The notes below the pieces were generated by a model. The model saw only the letters and a program-made list of their open reading frames with translations. It ran no database searches and was not told the origin of the DNA. A program made the position numbers and the translations under genes. Below, piece after piece: positions 1-23,219 of a stretch of DNA of 64,000 nucleotides. This stretch comes from the human T2T-CHM13v2.0 reference genome, Homo sapiens: assembly GCF_009914755.1 (NCBI RefSeq), contig NC_060940.1; one strand, 5' to 3'. How positions within the stretch are numbered: the stretch's first letter is position 1; the number at the start of each line of letters is the position of its first letter.

Positions 1-624
1 ACAGGGCTTGAGAGCAGAGAACCGGTCTGACTTCAAATTCACCAGGATGGGATTTTTCACCACCCTAGTGAGCCTGAGGGTACTGCAGGAGACGAGGACG
101 TATTTCAGTCCTTATCTCAACCGCATAAGACAGACACTCCCGGAGTGGCCATTTATAGACCTTCCCCCAGGAATGCATTCCTTCCCCAGGGTATTAATTG
201 TTAATATTCCTAGCTGAAGAAAGAATTCAGCGATATCTCTCCTACTTGCACGTCCATTTATAGTCTCTCTGCAAGAAGAAAAATATGGCTGCATTCTGCC
301 CGAAACCACAGGCAGTCAGACCTTATGTTTGTCTTCCCTTTTGCCTTGAAAATCACTGTTATTCTGTTATTTTTCAAGGTGCACTGATTTCATATTGTTC
401 AAACACATGTTTTACAATCAATTTTTACAATAGTGGTCCTGAGGTGATACACATTCTCAGCTTACGAAGATAACAGGATTAAGAGATTAAAGTAACACAG
501 GCATAAGAAATTATAAGAGTATTATTTGGGAACTGATAAATGTCCATGAAATTGTCACAATTTATGTTCTTCTGCTGCGGCTCCAGCCAGTCCCTCCTTT
601 CAGGGTGCCTGACTTCCTGCAACA
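1..624 (-). mobile_element. MER11 (HERV-K11/HML-8) LTR, cut by window edge
   Basis: Ends ...CCTGACTTCCTGCAACA, the reverse complement of the MER11 start TGTTGCGGGAAGTCAGG; an Alu remnant continues at 625-745. Confidence 0.8.
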
Positions 625-832
625 TTGTAGAGGCGGGGTTTTGCCATGTTGGCCAGGCTGGTCTCAAACTCCTGTCCTCAGGTGATCTGCCCACCTTGGC
701 CTCCCAAACTGCTGGGATTACAAGTGTGAGCCACTGCCCCTGGCAAACCTGTGGTTGCTTTTTAATGACAATGTTTAGTAATTATGACAGAGACCCTATG
801 GCTCACAGAGCCCAAAACATTTACTATTTGGC

Positions 833-1195
833 TATCTTGGTCCGTTTGAGCTGCTATAATAAAGTACTGTAGACTGGGGAGCTTACAAACAACAGAAATG
901 TGTTTCTCACAGTTCTGGAGGCTGAAGGTTTGAGATCAGAGTGCCAGTATGGTTGTTTCTGGAGATGGTCCTCTTCTGGGTCAAAGACCGCCATCTTCTC
1001 ATCATACCCTCACATGGTGGGAAGAGGATGAGAAAGCTCTTTGGGGTCGCTTTTATAAGGGTATTGATGCCATTCATGAGAACTCCACCCTTATGCCCAA
1101 ATTGTCTTTTGAAAGCCCCAGCTTTGGATACCATCACAATGGAGGTCAAGATTTTAATGTATGAATTTTGGGGGAATACAAATATTTAGTCCATT
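833..1195 (-). mobile_element. MaLR LTR (MST/MLT1A type)
   Basis: TTGAGCTGCTATAATAAAGTAC...CACAGTTCTGGAGGCTGAAG, typical MaLR signature. Confidence 0.65.
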
Positions 1196-1663
1196 GCACC
1201 TGCCTTTACACAAAAGTTTGTTTTGACCGCTGGTCTAGTGTATTTCAAGAAGCTATGCTGGGTGCTCTTCAGTTGTATTCCCATGTAATAACCACAGCAA
1301 CCCTGCAGGGAACCATGATTGCCCTTACTTTACAGATGAGGATCTTCAGGCTCAGAGAGGTGAAGTGATTTGCCAAGGTCACACAGTCAGTGAGAGGAGG
1401 AGTCAGGTATGTCTGAGTTGAAAGGACCTTCTCCGGACTAACTGGAGTTACTCTAACAATGGTACAAGTAGGCTGAAGCCAGATAGTGGAGAATCGTGCA
1501 AACATTTTGATCTTTGGAGAACAGGGAGCCACCAAAGGCTCTTAAGAAAGACAGTGGCATGATCAGACTGGTTGGAGGCTGTCCCATCCAACCTCTTTGC
1601 TGGACGTGGGATCCTAGTGGGGTTTTTACTCACCCAAAGAATTCTTTTAAAAATCGTCATTTA

Positions 1664-1957
<294 letters not shown>

Positions 1958-1998
1958 TCATTTATTTGGGAAAGTAGAGAAAGTTTGGACCAATCTCC

Positions 1999-2475
1999 TG
2001 TGAAAGGAAAATATACTGGGCTCCTCAAATCACTATGGTAAAGGGAAAAGTCAAGCTGGGAACTGCTAAGGGCAAACCTTCTTCCCACTCTATTCAAAGT
2101 CATCTCTCTGCTCACTGAGATAAATGCATACCTGATTGCCTCCTTTGGAAAGGCTAATCAGAAATTCAAAAGAATGCAACAGTTTATCTGTCACCTACCT
2201 GTGACCTGGAAGCCCCCCACCCTGCTTCAAGTTGTCCCATTTTTTTTGCTTCGAGTTGTCTTGTCTTTCTGGATGAACCAATGTTCATTTTACATATGTT
2301 GATTGATGTCTCATGTCTCCCTAAAATGTATAAAGCCGAGCTGTCCTCTGACCACCTTGGGTACATGTCATCACGACCTCCTGAGGCTGTGCCATGGGCA
2401 CAGATACACCCTCGACCTTGGCAAAATAAACTTCCTAAATTAACTGAGACCTGTCTCAGACTTTCAGGGTTCACA
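1999..2475 (+). mobile_element. MER4A-type ERV1 solo LTR
   Basis: TGTGAAAGGAAAATA...AAAGTCAAGCTGGGAAC start, AATAAA, ends GGGTTCACA. Confidence 0.75.
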
Positions 2476-2780
2476 CTCTCATATTTCAGCTATGGCTGGG
2501 GAGCTGGGCTGTCTCTTGACACAACCCTGAGGATGAGTAGTAGAGAGCAGGGGTGCCTATAAGCCCCCTGCCTAGATTTAGATCTGAGCACATAGTGTGT
2601 ACCAGTGTGTGTCATACGAACATAGCACATAACATATATAGATACTTACATGCATAGTGTGTGCCACTGCAAGTTTATAAACATGATCTCATCTCGTTCT
2701 CACCCAGCCTAGTGAGGCAGGCACTACTATTAGCTCCTCTCCACAGGTGAGGAAGGTAAGATAAGAATCTTGTCCTTCCC

Positions 2781-3116
<336 letters not shown>

Positions 3117-3119
3117 TCA

Positions 3120-4665
<1,546 letters not shown>

Positions 4666-4669
4666 ATAT

Positions 4670-5303
<634 letters not shown>

Positions 5304-5708
5304 CTATCATCCATAATGACACAAGGAACACAGTCCAGTCCAAGGTCAAACCCAGGCTGTCTGCTACCCCAAGCTCTGGATCCCAACCTGCCAGGCCCTT
5401 GCTTATTCATGGACCTCCTTGTCTATGTCCTTCCTGAGAAATCAGAAATTTCCAATTTTCTATGCTTTAGAGGGGAAAGCATAGTGATTCCAGAGGATCA
5501 CACACTGATCTCACAGTGGGTGTGGTGTGACAATGGGATCGAATTGCTGGATGGAATCCCTTATCTGCTGCTCATTAGTTGTGCCTTGGTTTCCCAATTT
5601 GTCTCTCGAAGTGTGGCTCTGAGGAGTAAATTAGTTAACACACACAACATATTTTGAAGTGTGTCTGGCTGATCGCAAGAGCTCAGCAAGTGCTTTCCTG
5701 AGTCCTAA

Positions 5709-6420
5709 CGTAACCTCCCAATGGGTTTACCTTGCCCGCTGTTTAGACAGAGCCGATTTATCAAGATGGGAGCTGCAATGGTGAAAGAGTAATTCATGCA
5801 GAGCCAGCTGTGCAGGAGACTGGGGTTTTATTATTCTTCAAATCAGTCTCCCCAGGTATTTGAAGATCAAAGTTTTTAAAGATCATTTGGCAGGTAAAGG
5901 CTTGGGAAGTGGGGAGTGCTGATTGGTCAGGTTGGAGATGGAATCATAGGAGGCTGAAGTGAGGTTTTTGTGCTGTCTTCTGTTCCTGGGCACGATGGCA
6001 GAACTGTTTGAAGCAGATTACCTGTCTGAGTGGTGTCAGCTGATCCATCCAGTGTGCAGGGTCTGCAAAATATCTCAAGCACTGATCTTAGGTTTTACAA
6101 TAGTGATATTATCGCCAGGAGCAATCTGGGGAAGTTGAGACACTTGGAGCCAAAGGCTGCATGACCCCTAAACTAATTTTTAATCTTGTAGCAAATTTGT
6201 TAGTCCTGCAAAGGCAGATTGGTCCCCAGGCAAGAAGGGGGTCTTTTCGGGAAAGGGCTATTATCAATTTTGTTTCAGAGTCAAACTATGAACTGAATTC
6301 CTTCCTACACTCAGGACTGAACAAGGACAGCTTAAAGGTTAGAAGCAAGATGGAGTCTGTTAGGTCTGATCTCTTTAACTGCCATAATTTCCTGTTACAA
6401 TTTTTGCAAAGGCGGTTTTG
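5709..6420 (-). mobile_element. LTR8-type ERV1 solo LTR
   Basis: Ends TTTTGCAAAGGCGGTTT, reverse complement of the LTR8 start (TG)AAACCGCCTTTGCAAAA. Confidence 0.7.
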
Positions 6421-6425
6421 AAAGG

Positions 6426-9705
<3,280 letters not shown>

Positions 9706-9706
9706 G

Positions 9707-10216
9707 TGTTGGTAATAACGTTCAAAATCCTAAGGAAATTGAACACTCAAAGGATTTTTAGCAAAGAGATTTTACTTCTGCGCAAAGGGGTGCTTCTCCT
9801 TGGCCAGTCGCCATGAGAGTACACCTGAACAAAGAGGCACTAGAGCCTTTATTCCTGACGCAAGTCCTGCCTCTGTACCCTTTCCCCATTGGCCGGAGTC
9901 GGGTTGTACAGTCTAAACTAATCCCCGTTGGCTAAACATTTAAACTTTTTTTAGATAAGGTGGGCACGTAAGGGAGAGAGGGAAAGGGGAAGGGGTGTCT
10001 GCAATGAGCTAGAAAGCTAGTCTTCTTTCCAAATAAGGAAAGGAATGTGAGTTGGTACTGATAACGCCTGGTACTGTGGCGTGTCTAGGCATATAACCAA
10101 GGCAGAAAGGAAGAAAAAAAGAGAAAAAGGAAAAAGGGGTGGAGGGGGTACTAGGAATTAAAAAATAAAGGATTGATCAGGCTATTTAAAGAGAAACCTC
10201 ATCATATCCCACAACA
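9707..10216 (-). mobile_element. LTR10-like (HERV-I) solo LTR
   Basis: TG...CA termini; reverse complement begins TGTTGTGGGATATGATGAGGTTTCTCTT. Confidence 0.55.
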
Positions 10217-11126
10217 GTTTCACTAGTTCTCAGCTGCCTGGATGTGGACCCTGGCTCACCCCCTTTGAGCTCAGGTGGGTCTGGGCTGCCTCACCTGGTT
10301 ATCCTGGAGATAAGTGGTGAGACCTGGCTGATGCTGTGCTCTCGGTCCAAAGGTGAGAAAACACCCCCCTGGACTGATGACATTGAGTTCAACCTTTGTT
10401 CCTCGTATACTCGGTGTTTTGAATTCTTTACATCCCTGATTTTGGGCAAAGTGTAACTAAAGCTTTAAAAGGTCTGATGGTACATGGGCCACATAGTAAT
10501 CACTGTGAGTTTTAATATTCAAATTAGAATCTGAGTGAACTTGGATAATCAAAAACTTTTGAATTCTACTCTCCATTCTCTGCTTGGTCTCCTCAAGGCT
10601 GAATAGCTTTGAAATGGCCATAAATTTGCATAATGGCTTGCATAAAGCTAATCACTTTAGGTCTGGGAGCATTTTTGCCTGGGGCTGTCCTAGTCCTCTT
10701 CTGCTTCCTTAGCCGACACATAAAATGAAATAATTGGGAGTTTTTTTAGGTAGAAGAAGGACTGTTGAAGAGTCTAGCCATGGCCTATTTGGAGGATCAG
10801 AGGACAGACCAGGCTTCAGAATGAGACTGTGTTGGAATCTGTTCCTCCTGGCTGTTTTGGGATGTGTTGGGTGAGGGTGTGGAATCCAGAGAAGACTAGA
10901 GAGGCTTCCATATTGATGGGAAGAAACTTCCTCTCTGAGTCTGCCTTGAAAGGGGGCACTGGCTGACTCCCTTTGGGCTGGTGAATGCCATGTAGCCAGT
11001 GAAATCCAGGAAGGTTTTCCAGACATTTTTGTGTGTTCTTCTCAGGTGCCCCAAGTTTCCCAGGAGTCCAACCACTGGAGAGCGGTCGTAGTGACAACTC
11101 TATTTCCATGCTACTTCAGTTTAGAC

Positions 11127-12073
<947 letters not shown>

Positions 12074-12357
12074 TAAATAAAAGAGTCTTGAAAATATGTA
12101 TGTCATGGTAATGGAGGAAGGAATGTTGTCATTGAAATTTTACTGTTTTCACTAGCCAGTATATTCACATGATGCAAAAACCAAAAGATACAAAGAGGTA
12201 CACATTGGAAAAGACATTCTTACCCTCCTTTACTCCCTCCGCCAGCTCTCATCTCTGCAGGTCACCAATGTTGCCAGTTTCTTGTCTCCTTCCATAAAGT
12301 ATATCTGTACGTCTACATCTGTATCTGTAGCAGCATCTGAATCTGTATTTACATCTA

Positions 12358-12720
<363 letters not shown>

Positions 12721-12777
12721 TTTCAGACAGAGTCTCACTCTGTCACCGAGGCTGAAGTGCAGCGAGGCCATCACAGT

Positions 12778-13104
12778 TGATATGGTTTGGCTAAGTCTCA
12801 CCTTCAATTGTAATAATTCCTACATGTCCAGGGTGGGGCCAGGTGGAGATTGAATCATGGGGGCAGTTTCCTCCATACTGTTCTCATGATAGTGAATATG
12901 TCTCAGGAGATCTGATGAGTTCCCCTGCACAAACTCTCTTGCCTGCTGCCATGTAAGACGTGTCTTTGCTTCTCTTTTGCCTTCTGCTGCAATTGTGAGG
13001 CCTCCCCAGCCATGTGGAACTGTGAGTCCAATAAGCCTCTATCCTTTATGAATTACCCAGTCTCGGGTATGTCTTTATTTGCATTGTGAGAACAGACTAA
13101 TACA
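12778..13104 (+). mobile_element. THE1 (MaLR) solo LTR inserted in an old Alu fragment
   Basis: TGATATGGTTTGGCT...GACTAATACA; 5-bp TSD ACAGT at 12773-12777 and 13105-13109. Confidence 0.88.
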
Positions 13105-13241
13105 ACAGTTCACCATGGCATCAACCTCCCGAGGTCAGTCAGTCCTCCCATCTCAGCCTCCCAAAGTGCTGGGATTACAGGCATGAGGTACCACACCCAG
13201 CTGATAAAGATGTTTGCATACTGCTTTTTCTCTTTAAATTA

Positions 13242-13940
13242 TGTATTAGTTTCTTTTTTTTTTTTTTGAGACGGACTCTCACTCTGTCGCCCAGGCTGGA
13301 GTGCAGTGGCATGATCTCAGGGCTCACTGCAAGCTCCGCCTCCCGGGTTCACACCATTCTCCTGCCTCAGCCTCCTGAGTAGCTGGGACTACAGGTGCCT
13401 ACCACCACGCCTGACTAATTTTTTGTATTTTTAGTAGAGATGGGGTTTCATTGTGTTAGCCAGGATGGTCTTGATCTCCTGACCTCGTGATCCACCCACC
13501 TCGGCCTCCCAAAGTGAATTATGTGTTCGTTTCTTATTCCTGCAATAACAAATTACTACAAATGTAATGTCTTAAAACAATGCAAATTAATTCTTTCCCC
13601 ACAGTTCTGGAGGCCAGAGGTCCAAAACGTGTCTCACTGTGACATCAAGATGTTCCCTTGCCTTTTACAGTCCTGCAGGCTGCCTGCATTGCTTGACTCA
13701 TGGCCTCTTCTCTCTGTTTGAAGCCAGTAGGGTGACATCTTCAAGTCTCCCTCTGATTCTGATCCTTCTCCCTGTTTAGAGACTCTTGTGATTACATTGG
13801 GTTAAACTGGATAATCCAGGGTGATGTCCTCATCTCAACACCCTTGACTTGATCACATCTGCAGAGTCCCTTTTGTCACATAAGGTGACATATTCACAGG
13901 AACACAGAGCTCCTTGGGGGACCACGATTCTGCCCACTTC
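13242..13940 (-). mobile_element. MLT1-type MaLR LTR with an AluY (13250-13516) at its edge
   Basis: CACAGTTCTGGAGGCCAG and GTGATTACATTGG...ATAATCCAGG motifs. Confidence 0.65.
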
Positions 13941-14185
13941 ACTCTGCCTTGGAGGTTGTCACATGTCAGGCCATGTCCTTTTCCTTTTATCAGCGGCACA
14001 CACGCGATTCCTCTGTGCTATTGTTTACTTAGCCAGTCCCCTCTTGTTGAACATTTAGCTTGTTTCCAGCCTTTTGCTCTTATGAGTGTGGTAGGAACAA
14101 TGCTTCATGTGGTACTTTTGCTGGTGTATCTGCAGGATGAATTTGAAGAAGTGGAATTGCTGAGTCCAAGGGTATGCACACTTAT

Positions 14186-15000
<815 letters not shown>

Positions 15001-15945
15001 TAAATATTTTTTTAATTATAGAAAATTTCGAATATATGAAAAGCAGAGAGACTCGTTCAATGCATGCTGTGTACATATCATTCAGCTCCAGTAAGGACAA
15101 CAACCAACTCATGGGTATTGGGTTTCATCTACGTCTCCATGGGCTCTTTGCAGTAGCAGTACCTTGGCTATTGAGGAAGAAAACTCAGACATCCTTTATT
15201 CCAAGGGAGAGACTTAAACATTTTAAACATAGCAGCATCTGTGAATGAGATTCTTGTGGCAGGAGTGAATGAAGAGGAGAATCCTTTCCAGGGTGTTGCA
15301 TTTGGAACACTTGTGTTCCCTTGGGACAGCGACCCTGCACTTGGGAGAGCCTGAGCACCTGCTATTTGCCACCATTCTTTGCTTTTTTGTGGAGGTAGTG
15401 ACCCACCCCACCCTGCCACCAGGAGACAGTTCCTTTTTACCCAGAGGATAATCTCAGAAATTAGCACTGCACTGCAGGTTTGCGGAGATGATGTTCTGAA
15501 AGGTTGAATGGTTAGGAACCGGCTGACTCAGCCAGCAGCTGTGGAACTCTGGTACGAATCGAGAGCCCCAAAGCAATAAAAAAGTACTTTTCGACTTGCC
15601 GTATCTGCACGTTATCAGCAAGCGAGAGCGCTCTCTGTGACACGCCAGAACTTTGATATCTTGCCTTATCAAATTTTCACACCACCTTTCCAAGAGTAAT
15701 AAAAAAGGATCTGAGTATGGATGGGCTTTCTTGGAAGACGGGCTCTCTGGGGGAGGTGGTGGTTTTTTCACCACTTGTATCTTGACAAAGGATTTATTCT
15801 CTGTTATTGAATCTGAGGATGCAGCATTGATGACAGTATCACCTGGAAAGATAAGCTGCCCTCCTCTTCAAGGTCACCAGACTTAGCTCCTCCTGTTAGA
15901 GTCTCACCTGCTTTGTAAGTCATGGAATCTAACAACACATCCTAG

Positions 15946-17083
<1,138 letters not shown>

Positions 17084-18687
17084 CTGACGTGTGTTAATAT
17101 ATTGACTTGTTTTCCTTGTTTGTCATCTGTCTCCAACTATACCACAGGCTCCATGAGACCTGTGATTTTTGTCTTTTTGGCTCACTGCTGTATTCTTAGT
17201 GCATGAAGCCATACCCAACACATGGTAGGTGCTTAATAACCATTTCTTGAGTAAGCTAACGACTAGTTTTAAGGCTAGAATGATAATACCTGCCTTGAAA
17301 GATTCCCAATTCACATTGAAATCTGTGATGAACTTTGGAGTTTCAGATGTGAGAGGGGAAGGTTCTTGAGCTTTTCTGCTGTCCAAGAAGGATCAGAGGT
17401 TGGCTCTGTTATTTTCCAGGGTTGATACAGGGATAGGGGCTGCAGCCATGCTCCCTCCAACCCAGGATGAAACAAGGGTGGGTGGAGGGGTGCAGAGAGC
17501 CTCCCTCAGGGTGCCGTTATTCCAGGGCAGCTGGGTTTGCCTGGCATCCTGCAATGGGGCACAATGAAGCTGCTGTCATCCTTCTGGGTCTACATTTCAT
17601 CTCCCCTTTGTGCTTCACATGAGCAGAACCTTTGGTTGTAGCGTCAGCCACGGAATTTAAAAACACATGTCAAACCAGATACTCCAGACTTCACCTCTCT
17701 TCTAGAATTTAACTCTTGGCCAGATGTGGGAGCCCTGGGGACTGGGTGTACCTGCAGCAGGATAAGTGGAGCCGCATAAGGTATCTCCCTGGGAGCCTCT
17801 TCTTTGAGGAGTTCTGAATCTAGTTTTCAGCTGCGTTCCCAGTGGGGTGAGCTTTTAGCTTTTCAGTAATGTCAAAGTCAGACCGGATGTTGCCTTGAAG
17901 GAGGTTTAGATGTTTCTGTAAGTTTGTTTCCCTTGTAATTTATTAGTTTCTTTTTGACTGTGCAATATTTCAAACATATAGAAAAGGATTGGCTGGGTGT
18001 GATGGCTCATGCCTATTATCCCAGCACTTTGAGAGGTGAAGGCAGGAGGATCCCCTGAGGCCTGGAGTTCAGGACCAGCCTAGGCAACAAAGCAAGACCC
18101 CATCTCTTAAAAAATTTTTTAAAATGAGCAGAAAATAAGAAAAGACCCCACCCTCCCAATTAGCAACATAATTGTGCAGTATTTGCTTCAGACCTTTTTG
18201 GGTTTCTTAAGAAACATCATCACAGATACAGCTAAACCACTGCTCTCCATCACATCTCCCTATTTCCTTACCTCCCCCCTTGGAGAACCACTGCCCACAG
18301 CTCCTTCCTGCACACCTCTGTCTCAGGGCATGAGTGCCGCACAGGGTTAACCCTCTGACAGTGGCTTCTAGGAAGGGTCTGGAGTTAGGAACCACATCTG
18401 GGACACTGGACCCCAGAAGGAGTTCATGCTTTGCCTCTTGGCATATGGTAAGACATGTGCTGTTTGCTGTAGAGGCAGATGTTAATTTCACCTCCCGTCA
18501 TAGCCAAGAAGCTATATGGAGCTGTATGGAGACACCTCTGGAGAAGCCCGTCCTGCTCAGAATGATCCGTGTTCTCTGTGCTCTCTCTCCCCTCCCTGCC
18601 CCTTGCACAGATGGACTGTGGCAGGTGTATTTGAACTCAGCCTTCACAGTGCAGGCTTGTCCCAGGGCCTCTGTTCAAGTATTACCT

Positions 18688-19178
18688 TGTAGTAGGTGGC
18701 GTAATGCCCTTCTCCCCTGACGATGTCCATATCCTAATCTCTGGAACCCGTGGCTATGTTATGGTGCTTGGCAAAGGAGAATTCATATTGTGCATGGATT
18801 AAGGTTGCTAATCCGCTGACTTTGAAATAGTGTTATTCTGGTGGGCCCAGTGTAATCACAGGACCTTCAAAAGATGGAAGGGGGAGACAGAAGAGTCAGA
18901 ATCAGAGAAATGCAATGTGAGAAAGACTCAACCCATGACTGCTGGCTTGAAGGTGGAGGAAGGGACCATGAGCCAAGGAATGTGGGGGGTCTCTAAGAGA
19001 TGGAAAAGGCAAGGAAAGGGCTTCTCCCCCAGAGCTTTTGGAAGAAAAAGAGTCCTGCCAACACCTTGATTTTAGCCCATCTTGGATTCCTGGCCTACAG
19101 AACTACAAGGAAGTAAATGTACATTGTTTAAGCCACCCAGTTTATGATAACTGTCACAGCAGCCATAGGAAACTAACA
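18688..19178 (+). mobile_element. MLT1D-type MaLR LTR
   Basis: GATGTCCATATCCTAATC...CAGCAGCCATAGGAAACTAA. Confidence 0.7.
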
Positions 19179-19235
19179 TATGCCTCCTCGGGAAGGCTGT
19201 CCTTGACTGTCCCATCCCATCTTTCTGTATCTCTC

Positions 19236-19900
19236 TGTCTTAGTCAGTTTAGGCTGCTATGACAAAAATGCCGTACACTGACTGGCTGAAACAACAGATT
19301 ATTGCTGATGGTTCTAGAGGCTGGAAATTCGAATATCGAGGCACCAGCTGATTAGGTATCTGGTGAGGGCTGGCTTCCTGGTTCACAGATGGTGCCTTCT
19401 CAGCATGCCCTCATGTAGTGAAAGGGGTAAGGCAGCTTTCTCAAGTCCCTTTGACAAGTGCACTAATCCCATTCATGAGGGTCCCACCCTCATGACCTAA
19501 TCACCTTGCAAAGGCTCCACCTCCTGATACCATCCCCTTGGGGTTAGGATTTCAACATATAAAATTGGAGTGGGGGCCGGGCACAGTGGCTCATGCCTGT
19601 AGTCCTAGCACTTTGGGAGGCCGAGGCGGGCGGATCACGTGGTCAGGAGATCGAGACCATCCTGGGTAACACGGTGAAACCCTGTCTTTACTAAATATAC
19701 AAAAAATTAGCCAGGCAAGGTGGCAGGCGCCTGTAGTCCTAGCTAATCGGGAGGCTGAAGGCAGGAGAATGGTGCAAACCCGGGAGGTGGAGCTTGCAGT
19801 GAGCCACTATCACGCCACTGCACTGTAACCTGGGGGACAGAGCAAGACTCCATCTCAAAAAAAAAAAAAATGGAATGGGGATACAAACATTCAATTTATG
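19236..19900 (-). mobile_element. MST-type MaLR LTR with an AluY (+, 19575-19870) near its end
   Basis: TGTCTTAGTCAGTTTAGGCTGCTAT, CATGACCTAATCACC; AluY diagnostic GAGATCGAGACCATCCTGG. Confidence 0.7.
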
Positions 19901-21319
19901 ACACCATTTATTCTGTTTCATTTTTTTGTAGCATTTCTTATGTTCTGGAGCAGTGTTCAGCAGGTAATAGGGGCTCCAGTTCCCAACCATAGGGTCCTCC
20001 TCTTGGCCACAGCAGATGAAGATCTGGGTGGATATCTGGCCTGGCTTGGCTGATCAGCTTCCCTCCTCTGGAAATCTGGTGTTAGGGGTGAGAGATTCTC
20101 AGCCTGTCTTGGCAGTGCCTGCGGGAAAGGGAAAGGCTCAAAGCCTGGGGCTGCCACCTTGCACCGCATGTGAGAGGAGGCTGGGAAGGGTGGGTGCTTG
20201 GGGCAAGAGGGAAGAGGCATGCAAAGGGAAGCAGGGAGGAGAGACGTGGCGAGAATCCCACAGGGGTCCCACCTCTGTGGCACCTGATTCCAGGGCTGCC
20301 AACAGCTTCAGTCTGCCTGGGACTGAGGGGCTTCCTAAAATGCAAGAATAAAACAGAGAAGGTCCTGGGCAAGCTGGGATGGTTGGTTACCCTACTGTCA
20401 TTCTTAGATTTCATGAGACACTCTGATGTTTATCCAGTAAACATCCTTTTCAGCTGGCATGAGCTACCTTCAGCCAGTTTCTATGACCTGCAGTGAAAAT
20501 CACCCCAAGACCTGCTTGCCTCTGCTTAGCTTTCACCTGATCTCCAAGAGCTCCTCACTGGCTCTGGATCTGTGAACCGGGTCATAGGTGTCACCCTCTC
20601 ATCGGCAATGGGCCTCTTGGCACTGGTCAGGGCAAAGGGCTGAGATGTCTCTGCATCAGTTATTCTTCATCCAAGAGCTCTCAGCCAGAGCTGGGCAAAG
20701 GCCGATCCTCTGTTCCCCCATCCTTTGAGCAGGGAACCACTGTGTACTCATAGGAGTGCCTGACATTTCAGAGGAACTCAATGCGTTTAGCTGCTCTTGT
20801 TATTGTTTTTCCTGACCCAGCTGGACCTTGTAGAAAGCCAGCTTCTGAGGGCCAATTCATCTGAATAGAAATGAACAGAGGTTGATTATTCTTATCCTGT
20901 AAGTCACACCCTAGCAAAAACCAACAGTTAGCAGCATTTATTTTGTACTTAGAATGAGCCAGACTCTGTGCTAGATGCCTACATGAGTTAGCTCATTTAG
21001 CCTTACAACAAACCTGTGCACCACGGGCATGCACCAGCATTCCCATTCTACAGATGAAAACATTGAGGCAGAGAGAGGATACAGAATTTAACCAAGGTCA
21101 CAGAGTGCGATAAATGGGTGACTTGTGCCTTATAAATTTTCATGACAAGCTCTATACAAGCACCACAGAACACTTGAAAAAGAAAAACAACCCACTCGTC
21201 ACACCCTTCCAGACCATCAGAGTAGAAATTGCCATTTGTTGAGAACATATGGACCCGATCCAAGGATAGGTGGGCCTCCTGCATTCCCTTTAATTCTCAA
21301 GGAGTCCATAGGCAGACTG

Positions 21320-21655
21320 TTGTCTTAGTCCCTTTTTTGCTGCTGTAACAGAAGACCTGAGACTGGGTGATATACAACAAACAGAAATTTTTCTGGAAAC
21401 TGGGAAGCCCAAGATTGAGGCACTAGTGTCTGGCAAGGGCCTTCTTGCTGCATCATCACATGACGGAAGACATGAGGACAAGAGCATCTGAGAGTGAACC
21501 GACTTCTGCAAGCCCTTTTTTATAATGGCATTAATCCATTCACGAGGGTAAGGCCCTCACAACCTCAACACCTCCCATTCGGCCCCACCTCCTAACATGG
21601 TTGCATTGGGGATTGTTTCTGACACATGAATTCTAGAGGACACATTTTGACTATA
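21320..21655 (-). mobile_element. MST-type MaLR LTR
   Basis: TGTCTTAGTCC...GCTGCTGTAACAGAA...GGCCCCACCTCCTAAC. Confidence 0.65.
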
Positions 21656-22180
21656 GTGACTGTGATGCTTGCTGTGCAGACAGAGAAACAGGCCCAGCAG
21701 ACAGGTGAGCTCTGCTGCCTGGGTGACTCAGCCAATGGGTGATGGAGCCTGATGTCTCATCTGGACACTAGTCCCTGGCTCCCCTGCCTGTACCATTCTC
21801 AGCATGAGCCCTACAGGCTGAGACCAGGCTGTGACAGCCTGAGTATGAGTCAGTCCATTTCCAACTGTAGCATCCCTACCTGTCCCCATGCCATGACAGG
21901 CTGGGCCACCCTGTCCATTGTTGCTAATGATCTCAAAGTGGATTTCAGTGACTCACAAGTGCAAATGCACACATGTGGTTTTAAGGTTTTGGAGGAATTT
22001 AGTGATAAATACTGTCTTTGAACCATCTTTGGAAAAATGGATGGGGCAAATGGCATTTTCCTCAAGGTTTTACGCACACGTACATACACAGTGTGTATAG
22101 CAGGTGCCTCACACTTGGGTGTGTGCATATCAACTTGGTGCTCATAGGGACAGGCCCAGTGCATCCTGGTGATTCCTTTA

Positions 22181-22553
<373 letters not shown>

Positions 22554-23219
22554 TTAAAGATATTTGAAAGATATTGAGACTTTCCATCTCACTGCAAATA
22601 ATTTTGTTGTTGTTTATCTGATGTAATCACTGTCCAAGTCTACTCATAATTCTCAGTTCTTTTTGCTTCGCATTATCCTTTTTTTTCATATTCTCCCTGG
22701 CTTTCATACTTATGACTTTTCATAACTGCATTAGGTTTAACTTAATGAATGTGCCATCATTTATTCAACCATTCCCCTATAGTTGGACGTATAAATTGCT
22801 TCCATGTTTTGCTATTTTAAATAATGCAGTAATAAATGTCTTTACTTACCAGGTCCAGCAAGTAACATGAAGGTAATTTTTTTTAACTGCCTACTTTTAT
22901 GGAGGCCAAGTTTAAAACTTGGTCTGTGAAATGTAATTTAGAACTGAGCTGTGACGTATTATATAAATTGAGGAAACACTTGTCATCTACAAAAACTGAT
23001 ACATATAATTTTTTTAGAAAATCTACTCTACAGATTTTCTTTGCTATTATCTTGCAGAAATTTTAATGATAAAAATTCTAGAAAAGAAACTAAAATTCAG
23101 GGCATCACAACAATTTTCAAGGATCAATGTGAGAACAATTAATTAGTAATGAAAAATTTCTCAATACTTTTTAACCAAAATTATTATTATTATTAGTAGT
23201 AGTAGTATTTTTTTTTTTT

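Noticed and set aside
10075-10100. p53-site-like GGCGTGTCTAGGCATATAA in the LTR10-like element
   Set aside because: Both half-sites deviate from the CWWG core; not supportable as a functional site
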